A stretch of 64,000 nucleotides of DNA from Candidatus Binatia bacterium (GCA_038245295.1 JBBRSP010000007.1:32001-96000); one strand, 5' to 3'; shown: positions 27,552 through 37,308, counted from the stretch's first letter. Made by a program: numbers and translations. The notes: generated by a model from the letters alone, not told the origin.

Positions 27552-28982
27552 TCAGTCGTCGGCTCCAGGTTGTTGTTCGCGGCTCGCCTGCCAACCGAAC
27601 AGCCCATCGCGGCGGATGATGTCGACGATGGCGGCCGGCACGAGTTGCTCCCAACTCGGATCACCCGTTTGAATCTTAGCCAAGACCTCGGAGGTCGAGA
27701 TGCTCAAGTAGGCAGGATTGTAGCTGAGTAGTGTCTCAACGAAGCCATTCTCGAGTAGGTAGGCATGCAGGTGGTGCGCCGACGGCGCCACACGCAGGGT
27801 TTCGGCGGTGATGATCTCCCCGGACGTCGGATCGCGATACGGGTAGACGTAAAGCTTGACGTTGTCGCGGCACAACCGACCGGCCGCTTCGAGCATGCCA
27901 CCCGGCAGATCGGCGTAATATCGTGGGTCGGCGACCTCGGTGAGACTCGGGATACCCAGGGCGATACCGATCATCTTCTGGGTGTACTGCGACAGGTATT
28001 CGACGAGGCGGAAGTAACGTCCGAAGTTCGAGATCAACACCGTATGGCCAAGCGCACCCAGAATATCGACGCGCGCCAGGAAATCGCTGTGGTCGATGCC
28101 GCTTGCCGACGTCAGGTTGTGCAGGGTCATCTCGAACAGGACGATCGGCGTGTCGCCGCCCAGGCGCTCGTCTAGGGCAAACCGCGCTTGCGACTGCTGC
28201 AGCAAATCGAAGGTAACGTTGGTGATCGGTCGGAAACTGCCGCGCTCGACCAGAATCGGGCGCTTGTAGAGAACCTCGGAAGGCTGCACGACTTCACCGC
28301 TCGTCTGGAACATGGCGGCATCGGTGAAGCCGTTCTGGACGAGTTGCAGACTCATCAGACGGTTGTCTGCCGCGGCAAACGCCGGACCCGAAAGCTCCAG
28401 CATGTCGATCTCGATGCGGTCGCGCGTCAGATCTTCCATCAAGGCCAACAGCAGCGCCGACGGTTGGCTGTAGTGATAGAATGCCGCGTGGATCAAGTTG
28501 ACGCCGATGATCCCAAGCGCCTCGTGGACCGGTGCACTTTCGCCGTCGAGCAGGTGGGCGTGGATGATGATCTGCGACGCCGCCTCGCCAGGAGTCGTCT
28601 GGAAACGCATGCCGATCCAGCCGTGACCATTCTCCGGACGCGTCGGATTGCGCGTCGCCACGGTATCGGCGAAGGCGAAGAAGGTGCTGTGGTCGCCACG
28701 TTTGGCTTGCAAACGCTCGAGGACGAGAGCGTATTCGTGCGTCAGCATGGCCTCGAGGCGCTGGCGGCTGACGTAGCGCTCGCAACGCCCGTAGATGGCG
28801 TCGCTCACCGACATGTCGTAGGCGGAGATCGTTTTGGCGACCGTGTTGGCGGCGCGGCCGACATGAAAGAACCAGCGCGCCACCTCTTGCCCGGCACCGA
28901 TCTCGGCGAAGGCGCCGTACTTGGCCGGGTCAAGATTGATCTGCAGGGCTTTCTGGAAAGTGCTGGGGGAAGACGCGTCCAT
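27552..28982 (-). CDS. Conserved hypothetical protein with nucleotidyltransferase-like C-terminal half
   Basis: QKALQINLD..YGAFAEIGAGQEVARWFF...TVAKTISAYDM; ILVERGSFRPITNV. ATG at 28982 preferred over the longer ORF. Confidence 0.75.
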   Translation of the reverse strand: MDASSPSTFQKALQINLDPAKYGAFAEIGAGQEVARWFFHVGRAANTVAKTISAYDMSVSDAIYGRCERYVSRQRLEAMLTHEYALVLERLQAKRGDHSTFFAFADTVATRNPTRPENGHGWIGMRFQTTPGEAASQIIIHAHLLDGESAPVHEALGIIGVNLIHAAFYHYSQPSALLLALMEDLTRDRIEIDMLELSGPAFAAADNRLMSLQLVQNGFTDAAMFQTSGEVVQPSEVLYKRPILVERGSFRPITNVTFDLLQQSQARFALDERLGGDTPIVLFEMTLHNLTSASGIDHSDFLARVDILGALGHTVLISNFGRYFRLVEYLSQYTQKMIGIALGIPSLTEVADPRYYADLPGGMLEAAGRLCRDNVKLYVYPYRDPTSGEIITAETLRVAPSAHHLHAYLLENGFVETLLSYNPAYLSISTSEVLAKIQTGDPSWEQLVPAAIVDIIRRDGLFGWQASREQQPGADD

Positions 28983-29430
28983 GTGCGTTTTCTCCCCCCA
29001 GGCAGCGGGCGGCGCAAGTTCTTTTGCCTGTTCTCTTGGTCGGAAAATGAAATGGGGGCACGCGCCAGACGCGCTGCATGCTGTCTGAACACGTGCCCAC
29101 CACGCCCCCGTCGATCGGACTCTTCTGCCCCCAGGAGGGCGCCATGTGTGGCCCCACTCCTTGCTGCCGAAGAATCTGAGTCGGTGTATACGCAACGGTG
29201 ATGCCAACGTGGCGTTCGGGGATCTCGTGGCGCCGGCGGCTGTCGGGCGGCGGCAAGTGGGCAGATATCTTCCCACCCACTGTGCAGGTTTCTGCCACCT
29301 GCCCGGCCCAGCGGAAGCCTGGCTGAGCCCACGAAGTGGTCATAACCTGAGATCGCCCATCTCCGATGAAAAGCAAGCGCCCCCTCTCCCGCATCGGGCG
29401 AACACGTGGATGGCAGGAGAGGGTCGGGGT

Positions 29431-29759
29431 CAATGTCGTTAAGTTAGTGAGAGAAGTGCGTCGTCCCGGCGGAGGAGACTGGCGATTTTCTCTGATTCAT
29501 CGCTTAAAACTGCGCAAACACCTCCGTCATACCGGCGAAAGCCGGTATCTCCTCAGGATTTTTGGTCTCCTCTCGAGGAGAACCCTGCTTTCGCCGGGAT
29601 GACGTTGCTCCATTTCTGTTTATCGACAGCCTCGGAGGCCCGGACCTAGTGATGGAATAGAATCTGCGCGTGATGCTTGGGTTCCATCTCTGGATACCGG
29701 CCTCCGCCGGTATGACGAGGCTCCGCATTGGCCCTGACCTCGCTAACTCAACGACATTG
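29431..29759. mobile_element. MITE-A (IS4-like ends)
   Basis: 21-bp TIRs CAATGTCGTTAAGTTAGTGAG / CTCGCTAACTCAACGACATTG (19/21 match); 10-bp direct repeat GGGTCGGGGT at 29421-29430 and 29760-29769. Confidence 0.8.
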
Positions 29760-29774
29760 GGGTCGGGGTGAGGG

Positions 29775-29958
29775 GGCTTTGCACAACAATTCGTTGAAAG
29801 CGTTGGGAATGCCCTTCGAGACGGCCCCAAAGGAAGGGACCTCCTCAGGGCGAGCGGAAACTCTGCTGTGAAATCAGCAATCACACCGTTCGGCCTGAGG
29901 AGCCGCCGTCCGTTTGGCGGCGTCTCGAAGGCCTCAGCTCGAATTAATGCGCAAAGCC
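29775..29958. mobile_element. MITE-B copy 2 (opposite orientation to copy 1)
   Basis: TIRs GGCTTTGCACAACAATTC / GAATTAATGCGCAAAGCC; 9-bp direct repeat GGGTGAGGG at 29766-29774 and 29959-29967. Confidence 0.8.
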
Positions 29959-30194
29959 GGGTGAGGGCCCGCGTATGCCGGGCTGTACCCACAGACCAAC
30001 CCTCACCCCAGCCCTCTCCCAGATGCTGGCAGTCCGGTTGAGCTGAGAGAGGGAGCGTCTCGAGACCGCAGCCATCTCTTTTCAAAGGAGGTACAGATGG
30101 GCGAACCGGTAGGCGCAAGCTTTAGCTTGCGGTGGGTAAGTCCGCGTTGAGGAGGCCCTAGGGAGCAGAACTCAACGCGGACGCTACGAACGCC

Positions 30195-30854
30195 TTACTT
30201 CGGCTGTGGCACGATGCGCAGATACGGCTTCGGGGCCTTCCAGCCGTTCGGATACTTCTGTTTTGCTTCCTCGTCGGAAACGGCCGGGACGATGATGACA
30301 TCCTCGCCGTGTTTCCAGTTCACCGGCGTCGCCACCTTGTGCTTGGCGGTAAGCTGGATGGAATCGAGCACACGCAGCACTTCGTCGAAGTTGCGGCCGG
30401 TGCTCATCGGGTAGGCCAGCATGAGCTTGATCTTCTTGTCCGGGCCAACAACGAAGACCGTCCGGACGGTGGCGTTGGTGGCTGCCGTACGCCCCTCCGA
30501 CGTGGTGCCGGCGCCGGCTTCCAGCATGTCGTAAAGTTTGGCGACCTTCAGCTCGGGGTCGCCGATCATCGGGTAAGTGACCTTGAAACCCTGTGTCTCC
30601 TCGATGTCGCCTTCCCACTTCAAGTGGCTGCTGACGGGATCGACGCTGAGTCCGATGACCTTCGTATTGCGCTTGTCGAACTCGGGTTTGAGGCGAGCCA
30701 TGTAGCCAAGCTCGGTCGTGCACACCGGCGTGAAATCCTTGGGGTGCGAGAACAGGATGGCCCAACCATCACCAATCCAGTCATGGAACGTGATCGGCCC
30801 TTGCGTCGTGTCGGCCGTGAAATTCGGCGCCTCGTCGTTGATGCGTAGCGACAT
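30195..30854 (-). CDS. 1-Cys peroxiredoxin (Prx6)
   Basis: FSHPKDFTPVCTTELG; YPMSTGRNFDEVLR; ATPVNW; GAGGAG RBS. Confidence 0.95.
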   Translation of the reverse strand: MSLRINDEAPNFTADTTQGPITFHDWIGDGWAILFSHPKDFTPVCTTELGYMARLKPEFDKRNTKVIGLSVDPVSSHLKWEGDIEETQGFKVTYPMIGDPELKVAKLYDMLEAGAGTTSEGRTAATNATVRTVFVVGPDKKIKLMLAYPMSTGRNFDEVLRVLDSIQLTAKHKVATPVNWKHGEDVIIVPAVSDEEAKQKYPNGWKAPKPYLRIVPQPK

Positions 30855-31029
30855 GAGTCCTCCTCTGCGCCCTGGGAGGGCGCGCGAACCTCGGATAATG
30901 AGCCGTACGTAAATCAAATTTCCGGATCTTGCGAAAGACACGGCCGGCTTTTGGTCGGTCGCTAGCATCGGGCAACGATCGTTTGGCTTTTGTCGGAACC
31001 ACGCCGGTGATAGAGACCGCGCCACACGT

Positions 31030-31365
31030 ATGGACATCACCGAAACCAGGCACGGGGGTACTCTCGTCGTAACGCTGCAAGGTCGTCTCAACGCGGCGTC
31101 GACGGAGACACTTCAGGAACGGTTGTTGGCGCGCATCGACGCGGACGAGAAACTGATGGTGGTCGATCTGCAGGGGGTCGACTACATCAGCAGCGCCGGA
31201 TTGCGGACGATCCTGATCGCCACCAAGCGCATGCAGGCCAATGACGGCCGACTGGCTCTCTGCTCGCTCACCGACAACGTTGACCAGGTCTTTCGCATGA
31301 GCGGCTTCGACTCGATCATCGAGCTGCACCACGACCTCGCCACGGCGCTCCAAAGTCTCACGTAG
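31030..31365 (+). CDS. STAS anti-anti-sigma factor (RsbV/SpoIIAA-like)
   Basis: GRLNA..., VDYISSAGLR phosphoacceptor motif, VFRMSGF. Confidence 0.9.
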   Translation: MDITETRHGGTLVVTLQGRLNAASTETLQERLLARIDADEKLMVVDLQGVDYISSAGLRTILIATKRMQANDGRLALCSLTDNVDQVFRMSGFDSIIELHHDLATALQSLT

Positions 31366-31406
31366 TCGAGGCTTTCGCCCGGCGATTGTGGCAAGCTGAC
31401 ACCGCC

Positions 31407-32702
31407 ATGTTTGAAGACAGTGCCCGCCTGCGCCTCTTGCACGAGCTAGGCTGCGCCTTTGCGGCGCGCACCGAGCTCGAAGACCTTTGCCGCCTGGTCA
31501 TCTCCAAGTGCGGCGAAGCCCTCCATGCCGAAGGCGTCGGCATCCTGCTGCTCGATGAGAAAAAACAGGAGCTGTACTTCCCCTACGTCGCCAACGAAGA
31601 TCCGGAAGCTGCCCAACGATTGCTGCAGATGCGCTTCGCGGCCACACGCGGCATCGCCGGGGAAGTCTTGCGCAGCGGCAAACCGATCCGCGTCGACGAC
31701 ACGAGTACCGACAGCCGCTTCTACTCCGGCGCCGATCAACAATCGCGCACCACGACGCGTGACCTCATCGCCGCCCCTCTGCGCTCCGAACAGGGCACCA
31801 TCGGTGTGCTGCAGGCGGTGAACCGCCGCACGTCCGCTAGTGCTTCGGCGCATTTCTCCGACGACGATCTGGCCTTCCTCGAAGCCCTGTCCGGCAGCGT
31901 TGCCGTTGCCATCGACAACGCCCGCGCCATGGAGGAACGAGCAGCGTTACGGGCGCTGCGCCGCGAAGTCGAGATCGCCAGCGAGATTCAGCAATCGATC
32001 CTGCCGCGTGTCTTCCCAGCGTTCCCCGAGCGCCAGGACTTCGATCTCTTCGCCGCGATGATTCCGGCGCGCGACGTCGGCGGCGACTTCTACGACTACT
32101 TCCTCATCACACCGTCACAGCTCGCGCTCGTCATCGCCGACGTCTCCGGCAAGGGTGTCCCTGCCGCCTTGTTCATGGCGGTGAGTCGCACCCTGCTGCG
32201 CGCCACGGCGTTGAACGGTCCGTCGCCGGCGGCCTGCCTACGAACCGTAAACCGACTGCTGTGCGCCGAGAACAGTGCTGAGATGTTCGTCAGTCTCTTC
32301 TACGGCATCCTCGACACCGACAGCGGCCGCTTCACCTACAGCAACGGCGGCCACAACCCGCCGTTCGTCGTTCGCCGTGGAGCGCCGGCGGTGGCACTGC
32401 CGGCCAAACCCGGGTGTGTGCTCGGTGCCATGGATATCGCCACCTATCAGGACGCCACCATCTTGATTGAGCCGCATGACACGCTGCTGCTCTATACGGA
32501 CGGCGTCAGCGAAGCGATGAACAGCCGCGACGAGCTTTACGGTGAGGAGCGTTTGCAACAGCTCCTCGGTAGCCCCGTCGACTCACCCCGAGCCCTGATC
32601 GACACCATCCTCGCCGATGTCCAACGGCATAGCCTCGATACCGAACAGAGTGATGACATCACTCTGCTGGCCGTCACCTATCGCGGCGGCGGGCATGCCT
32701 GA
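31407..32702 (+). CDS. GAF + PP2C (SpoIIE/RsbU-like) phosphatase
   Basis: GAF domain (GIAGEV...D.RFY...IGVLQAVN); VGGDFYD, IADVSGKG, YTDGVSEA, DDIT. Confidence 0.92.
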   Translation: MFEDSARLRLLHELGCAFAARTELEDLCRLVISKCGEALHAEGVGILLLDEKKQELYFPYVANEDPEAAQRLLQMRFAATRGIAGEVLRSGKPIRVDDTSTDSRFYSGADQQSRTTTRDLIAAPLRSEQGTIGVLQAVNRRTSASASAHFSDDDLAFLEALSGSVAVAIDNARAMEERAALRALRREVEIASEIQQSILPRVFPAFPERQDFDLFAAMIPARDVGGDFYDYFLITPSQLALVIADVSGKGVPAALFMAVSRTLLRATALNGPSPAACLRTVNRLLCAENSAEMFVSLFYGILDTDSGRFTYSNGGHNPPFVVRRGAPAVALPAKPGCVLGAMDIATYQDATILIEPHDTLLLYTDGVSEAMNSRDELYGEERLQQLLGSPVDSPRALIDTILADVQRHSLDTEQSDDITLLAVTYRGGGHA

Positions 32703-33132
32703 GTCCCTTCCACACGATCGGCTGCGTCTGCGCAATCAGCTCGATGAGCTCGATCGACTGCACACGTTCGTGTCGAACTATGGCGAGCAACAGCAGATAG
32801 CCGCCGAAGACTCGTTTGCCATAACTTTGGCGCTCGATGAGCTGGTGACCAACGTGATTGTGCATGGCTACGACGATACGGCAGAACACGAAATCCTGAT
32901 CGGCCTATGTACGGATGGCGATTCCGTAGTCGTCGAAGTCGAGGACGACGCGCGGCCCTTCGATCCGTCGCAGTCGGTGGCGGTCAATCTCTCGGCCAAT
33001 TTGGAAGAACGCGCCATCGGCGGACTCGGCCTGCACCTCGTGCACCGCACGATGGATCAACTCACGTACCGGCGCGCCGACGGCAAGAATCACCTGCAGT
33101 TGCGCAAGCGCCTGTCGCCCCGCCTCACCTAG
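32695..33132 (+). CDS. RsbW-like anti-sigma factor/Ser kinase
   Basis: LALDELVTNVIVHGY, VEDDARPFDP, RAIGGLGLHLV. Confidence 0.9.
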   Translation: MPESLPHDRLRLRNQLDELDRLHTFVSNYGEQQQIAAEDSFAITLALDELVTNVIVHGYDDTAEHEILIGLCTDGDSVVVEVEDDARPFDPSQSVAVNLSANLEERAIGGLGLHLVHRTMDQLTYRRADGKNHLQLRKRLSPRLT

Positions 33133-33179
33133 ACGCGCGCGCCGGGCTGCTGTAGGGGTGCGCCCCTGTGATCTCCGCG

Positions 33180-34190
33180 ATGCCAGCAATCCTGCGACGT
33201 CTATGGCTGGGCGTGGCCCTGATCGCCGGGGTCTCGGCCATCTTAGTGGCGTTGGACCCAAAAACTCCGGACCCGAGCAAGGGAGCACCAACCCACAAGA
33301 AGTGGAAGGTGCATATGCTCGCCTTCATCTCCGCCATCGACAGCGAGGAGTGCCAGCGCGGCATGCACGCCGGTCTCGCCGCCTCTCTCAAGGAAGGCGC
33401 GGATTTCGAGGTCGTCGCGCGCAATGCGCAGGGTGACATGCCGACACTGACCAGCCTGGTGGACGCAGCCATCAGCGACGGTGCCGATCTGATCATGACC
33501 CTGTCGACGCCGACGTTGCAGACGGCGATCCAACGCGTGAAGTCGACGCCGATCGTCTTTTCCTTTTCGTCGAACCCGATCGGCGCCGGCGCCGGCAAAA
33601 GTTACACGGATCACCTTCCCAACGTCACGGGTGTGCCGGTGACTGCCGCGTATGAAGAGATGCTGCAGATGATTCGGGAGACGATGCCACAGGCCCACCG
33701 CCTCGGATCATTGCTCGTCCCTTCGGAAGTAAACTCGGTGTTCAACACGGCGCAGCTGAAACAGTTCGCCGAGAAGATGGGTTTCGAGCTGGTGACTGTC
33801 GCGGTGAACTCGAGCTCGGAGATCTCCGACGCGACGTTGGCCTTGCTGGCGACGCCGGTCGACGCCATCTGTCAGGTCCCCAGCAATCTCACCATCACCG
33901 GCATGGCCAGCGTCTCGCGCCCGGCACAACGCGCCCACGTGCCGCTGTTTGGCTTCCTGACGAGTGATGCGACCAACGGTGCTGTCGTCACCGCGGCGCG
34001 CGACTACTTCGAGATGGGTCAGGCCGCCGGAGTCCAGGCGGCCAAGATCATGGGCGGCGCCTCACCGGCGAGTCTACCGTTCGAAGAAGTCGGGGTGACC
34101 CGGATCATCGTCAACAAGAGCGCCGCGCAGGCCGCCGGCATCACCCTCCCGGCCGCCTTGATCGAGCGTGCCGCCAAGGTTCTGGAGTAG
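33180..34190 (+). CDS. ABC transporter substrate-binding protein (COG2984-like)
   Basis: NAQGD, STPTLQ, PIVF, PNVTGV, PSEVNS, DYFEMG; N-terminal membrane anchor. Confidence 0.85.
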   Translation: MPAILRRLWLGVALIAGVSAILVALDPKTPDPSKGAPTHKKWKVHMLAFISAIDSEECQRGMHAGLAASLKEGADFEVVARNAQGDMPTLTSLVDAAISDGADLIMTLSTPTLQTAIQRVKSTPIVFSFSSNPIGAGAGKSYTDHLPNVTGVPVTAAYEEMLQMIRETMPQAHRLGSLLVPSEVNSVFNTAQLKQFAEKMGFELVTVAVNSSSEISDATLALLATPVDAICQVPSNLTITGMASVSRPAQRAHVPLFGFLTSDATNGAVVTAARDYFEMGQAAGVQAAKIMGGASPASLPFEEVGVTRIIVNKSAAQAAGITLPAALIERAAKVLE

Positions 34191-34196
34191 GCGCCG

Positions 34197-35423
34197 ATGG
34201 AGATCACCAAACACGCTGCCGGAGAGTGGTTGGAGCTGACGGCCGTCGGACGCCTCGACGCGTCGTGGGCCGACCACCTGAGCACCGCCATCGACGAGAG
34301 TCTGCAGGCCGGCGGCCACCGCCTGCGCCTCGACATGGCCGGCATCGTGTACATGAGCTCGGCCGGCATCCGCGTGCTGCTGCACTTCCGCAAACAGTTG
34401 CAGAACCTCGGCGGGTCGTTCATTGTCGTGAATCCCTCCGCGTCGGTGCGCAGTGTCTTGGAGATGGTGGGGCTCGACTCACTCTTCGCCGAGGTTGTCG
34501 ATGCTGACGCCAGTGTTGTCGCCGTTGCGCCGCACTCGTCTTACGGCGGTATCGAGCTCGAGGTTCTCGGATCGTTTCCGGCCGACGGCGTCGCCTGTCG
34601 CCTCGTCGGTGATCCGCGCACGTGGCGCGACGACGGATGGACACCGACGGCGCGTGTTCAACTGCAACGCTCGCTGTTGAGTCTTGGCGTCGGCGCGCTC
34701 GGCGACGCGTCGGAGGACAGTGACGGCCGCTTGGGAGAGTTCCTCGGCGTCGCCGGTGCCGCGGCGTATCTCCCGGGCGACGGCACCGGTGTGCCGGACT
34801 ATGTGGTTACTGCCGGGAGCTTGGTGCCGGAGGTGCACGTCCTCTATGCCGCGGTCTGCGACATGAGCGCGGCCCCGCTGCTGCGCTTCGAAGCGCCCCC
34901 TACCGCGGGCGCATTGGGTTTGAACGCCCTGATGGAAGCTTGCCTCGCGGCGAGTGGCGCACCGCTGGCGGCGATCGCCATGGTCGCGGAATCGGCAGGC
35001 CTGATGGGCGCGGCGTTGCGCCATCCGCCGACGCCGACGGCGGACGGTGCCTTCTCGTTTCACTTTCCGGAGGTGCGGCAGTGGCTGTCCTTCGCTCCGG
35101 AACGTGTGCACGCGCGCAGTGTCGCGCTCGTCGTTGGTTTCATTGGACGAGGTGACAAGGGTCCGCTGGCGACCTTCCTGCGTCCGATGAGCAGCTCGTC
35201 AGACTTGACCGGCCACTTTCACGGTGCCGCTTTCGGCTACCGCCCGTTGCGCAAGGGTCGCATCGACCTGAGCACCACGGTGGCGGGCTTGTTCGACGAC
35301 GGCGCACCATTGGGGATCCTGCATTTGCTGAATGATGATCGTCCAATCGTCGGCAGCGGCGAGAGCTTGTTCGTGCGCGGCGCCTGTTGGGTCGTGCCGA
35401 TCGGGGGCGTCGATGTCGGCTAA
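34197..35423 (+). CDS. STAS domain fused to an uncharacterised about 290-aa domain
   Basis: N-terminal GRLDA...YMSSAGIRVL; C-terminal LGVGALG..GE, GHFHGAAF. Confidence 0.8.
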   Translation: MEITKHAAGEWLELTAVGRLDASWADHLSTAIDESLQAGGHRLRLDMAGIVYMSSAGIRVLLHFRKQLQNLGGSFIVVNPSASVRSVLEMVGLDSLFAEVVDADASVVAVAPHSSYGGIELEVLGSFPADGVACRLVGDPRTWRDDGWTPTARVQLQRSLLSLGVGALGDASEDSDGRLGEFLGVAGAAAYLPGDGTGVPDYVVTAGSLVPEVHVLYAAVCDMSAAPLLRFEAPPTAGALGLNALMEACLAASGAPLAAIAMVAESAGLMGAALRHPPTPTADGAFSFHFPEVRQWLSFAPERVHARSVALVVGFIGRGDKGPLATFLRPMSSSSDLTGHFHGAAFGYRPLRKGRIDLSTTVAGLFDDGAPLGILHLLNDDRPIVGSGESLFVRGACWVVPIGGVDVG

Positions 35424-35426
35424 GCT

Positions 35427-35510
35427 TCCCATGCGGGATGGAAGGCAAGCGCCCCCTCTCCCGCATCAAGCGAAATCGTCGACGGCGGGAGAGGGTCGGG
35501 GCGAGGGTGA
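35427..35510. repeat. REP-like repeat inside the operon
   Basis: GCAAGCGCCCCCTCTCCCGCATC...GGCGGGAGAGGGTCGGGGCGAGGG, similar to 29356-29430; an uninterrupted copy of the MITE target. Confidence 0.75.
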
Positions 35511-35567
35511 GCGGGTCTTCACCTTGGCGGAAGGCGGCCTGCGATGTCCAAAGGGAGGGGTCCTGCC

Positions 35568-36503
35568 TTGACCCTCATGCTCGGCGCCTGGACCGTCGGC
35601 CTGATCCTCTCGCTTCTGGCGCTGGGAGTGTTCATCAGTTTCCGCGTCTTCAAATTCGCCGACATCACCACCGAAGGCTCGATCACGATTGGCGCCGCGA
35701 CGGTGGCCGTACTGCTGACACACGGCGTTTCGCCGATGCTGGCCACACTTGCCGGATTCATGGCGGGTGCCGTCGCCGGCGCATTCACCGGCGTGTTGCA
35801 CACACGCTTCGGCATCAATGGCTTATTGTCGGGCATCATCGTCATGACGGCGTTGTACTCGATCAACCTGCGCATCATGGGGCAGAGCAACATTCCGCTG
35901 CTCAACGCGCGCACCATCGTCAGCGATGGTGAAGATCTCGGCCACTGGCTGTTCCGCGGCGCCGACCACGTCGCCGTCCTCGGATGGTCGGTGCCGGTAC
36001 GTGAAGTTTTCATCCTGGCGCTGGTGTTGGCGTTTGTCGTGTTCACCACGGGGCTACTATTCGCCTTCCTGCGCACCAACCTCGGCACGGCGATGCGCGC
36101 CACCGGCGACAACGACCAGATGATCACCGCCCTTGGTGTCGATACACGCAACATGATCACCCTCGGACTGGCGCTGGCGAATGGTCTGGTCGGATTGGCG
36201 GGAGCGCTGATCGCCCAGTATCAGGGCTTCGCCGACGTGCAGATGGGTATCGGCATGGTGGTGTGGGGACTCGCCAGCGTCATCATCGGCGAGGCGTTGG
36301 TCGGCACCAAGCAACTCGGTTTCATTCTCATCGGCACGGTCATGGGCTCGGTTCTGTTTCGCCTCCTGGTCGCCGTCGCGTTGCGCGCCGGGTTGAACCC
36401 CAACGACCTGAAGCTGATCACGGCGTTGTTTGTCTTCGCCGCCCTGGTGCTGCCCGGCGTAGTGGCCTGGCGGCCGCGCAAACGGAGCACTGCCGATGCT
36501 TGA
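35568..36503 (+). CDS. ABC transporter permease (COG4120-like)
   Basis: GVFISFRVFKFADITTEGS, GLLSGIIVMTALYSINLRIMG, GFADVQMGIG; TTG start after GGGAGG. Confidence 0.9.
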   Translation: MTLMLGAWTVGLILSLLALGVFISFRVFKFADITTEGSITIGAATVAVLLTHGVSPMLATLAGFMAGAVAGAFTGVLHTRFGINGLLSGIIVMTALYSINLRIMGQSNIPLLNARTIVSDGEDLGHWLFRGADHVAVLGWSVPVREVFILALVLAFVVFTTGLLFAFLRTNLGTAMRATGDNDQMITALGVDTRNMITLGLALANGLVGLAGALIAQYQGFADVQMGIGMVVWGLASVIIGEALVGTKQLGFILIGTVMGSVLFRLLVAVALRAGLNPNDLKLITALFVFAALVLPGVVAWRPRKRSTADA

Positions 36504-37308
36504 GTTGCGGCACATCACCAAAACCTTCCACGCCGGAACGCCGAACGAGGTGCGGGCGCTGCGGGGCGTCGACCTGGTCATCGAGGAAGGCAGCTTCGTC
36601 ATCGTCATCGGCACCAACGGCTCGGGGAAGTCGACGTTGCTCAACGCCGTCGCCGGCAGCTTTTTCGTCGACTCCGGCAAGATCATTCTCGCGGCGCACG
36701 ACATCACGCATCGGCGCGAGCACGCGCGGGCGTCGTTCATCGGACGCGTCTTCCAGAATCCGTTCAGCGGCACGGCGCCCGACATGACCATCGCCGAGAA
36801 CCTCGCCCTGGCGGCGCAACGCGGCCAGCGCCGCGGCCTCGGCTGGGCCCTATCCGGCCGCTTCCGCGACGAGCAGCGCGACCGCATCCGCAACCTCGGC
36901 ATGGGATTGGAGGACCGCGTCGATAATGTCATCGGCAGCCTCTCCGGCGGCCAGCGACAGGCACTGACCTTACTCATGGCAACCTGGCTGCGGCCACAGC
37001 TCCTCTTGCTCGACGAGCACACAGCAGCACTCGACCCCAAAAGCGCCGAGCAGGTGATCCGCCTGAGTGAGGCAATCGTCGCACGTGATCGACTGACGAC
37101 GTTGATGGTCACCCACTCCATGCAGCAAGCCACCGCCCTCGGCGATCGCCTGGTGATGATGTACCAGGGCCGCGTCTTGCATGACTTCTCCGGCGCCGAG
37201 AAACAGCGCCTGCGCCCCGAAGATCTCATGGCGCGCTTCGAGGAAGTGCGGCGGACTGAGCAACTCGATGAGTCGGCGGCCGATCTGTTGCGCCGCACGT
37301 ACGTTTAG
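36496..37308 (+). CDS. ABC transporter ATP-binding protein (COG1101-like)
   Basis: GTNGSGKS, LSGGQRQ, LLLLDEHTAALDP. Confidence 0.95.
   Translation: MLELRHITKTFHAGTPNEVRALRGVDLVIEEGSFVIVIGTNGSGKSTLLNAVAGSFFVDSGKIILAAHDITHRREHARASFIGRVFQNPFSGTAPDMTIAENLALAAQRGQRRGLGWALSGRFRDEQRDRIRNLGMGLEDRVDNVIGSLSGGQRQALTLLMATWLRPQLLLLDEHTAALDPKSAEQVIRLSEAIVARDRLTTLMVTHSMQQATALGDRLVMMYQGRVLHDFSGAEKQRLRPEDLMARFEEVRRTEQLDESAADLLRRTYV

Noticed and set aside
29504..30118. 204-aa ORF across the repeat cluster as a transposase
   Set aside because: It is a translation of MITE/REP palindromes, with no DDE or HUH motif.
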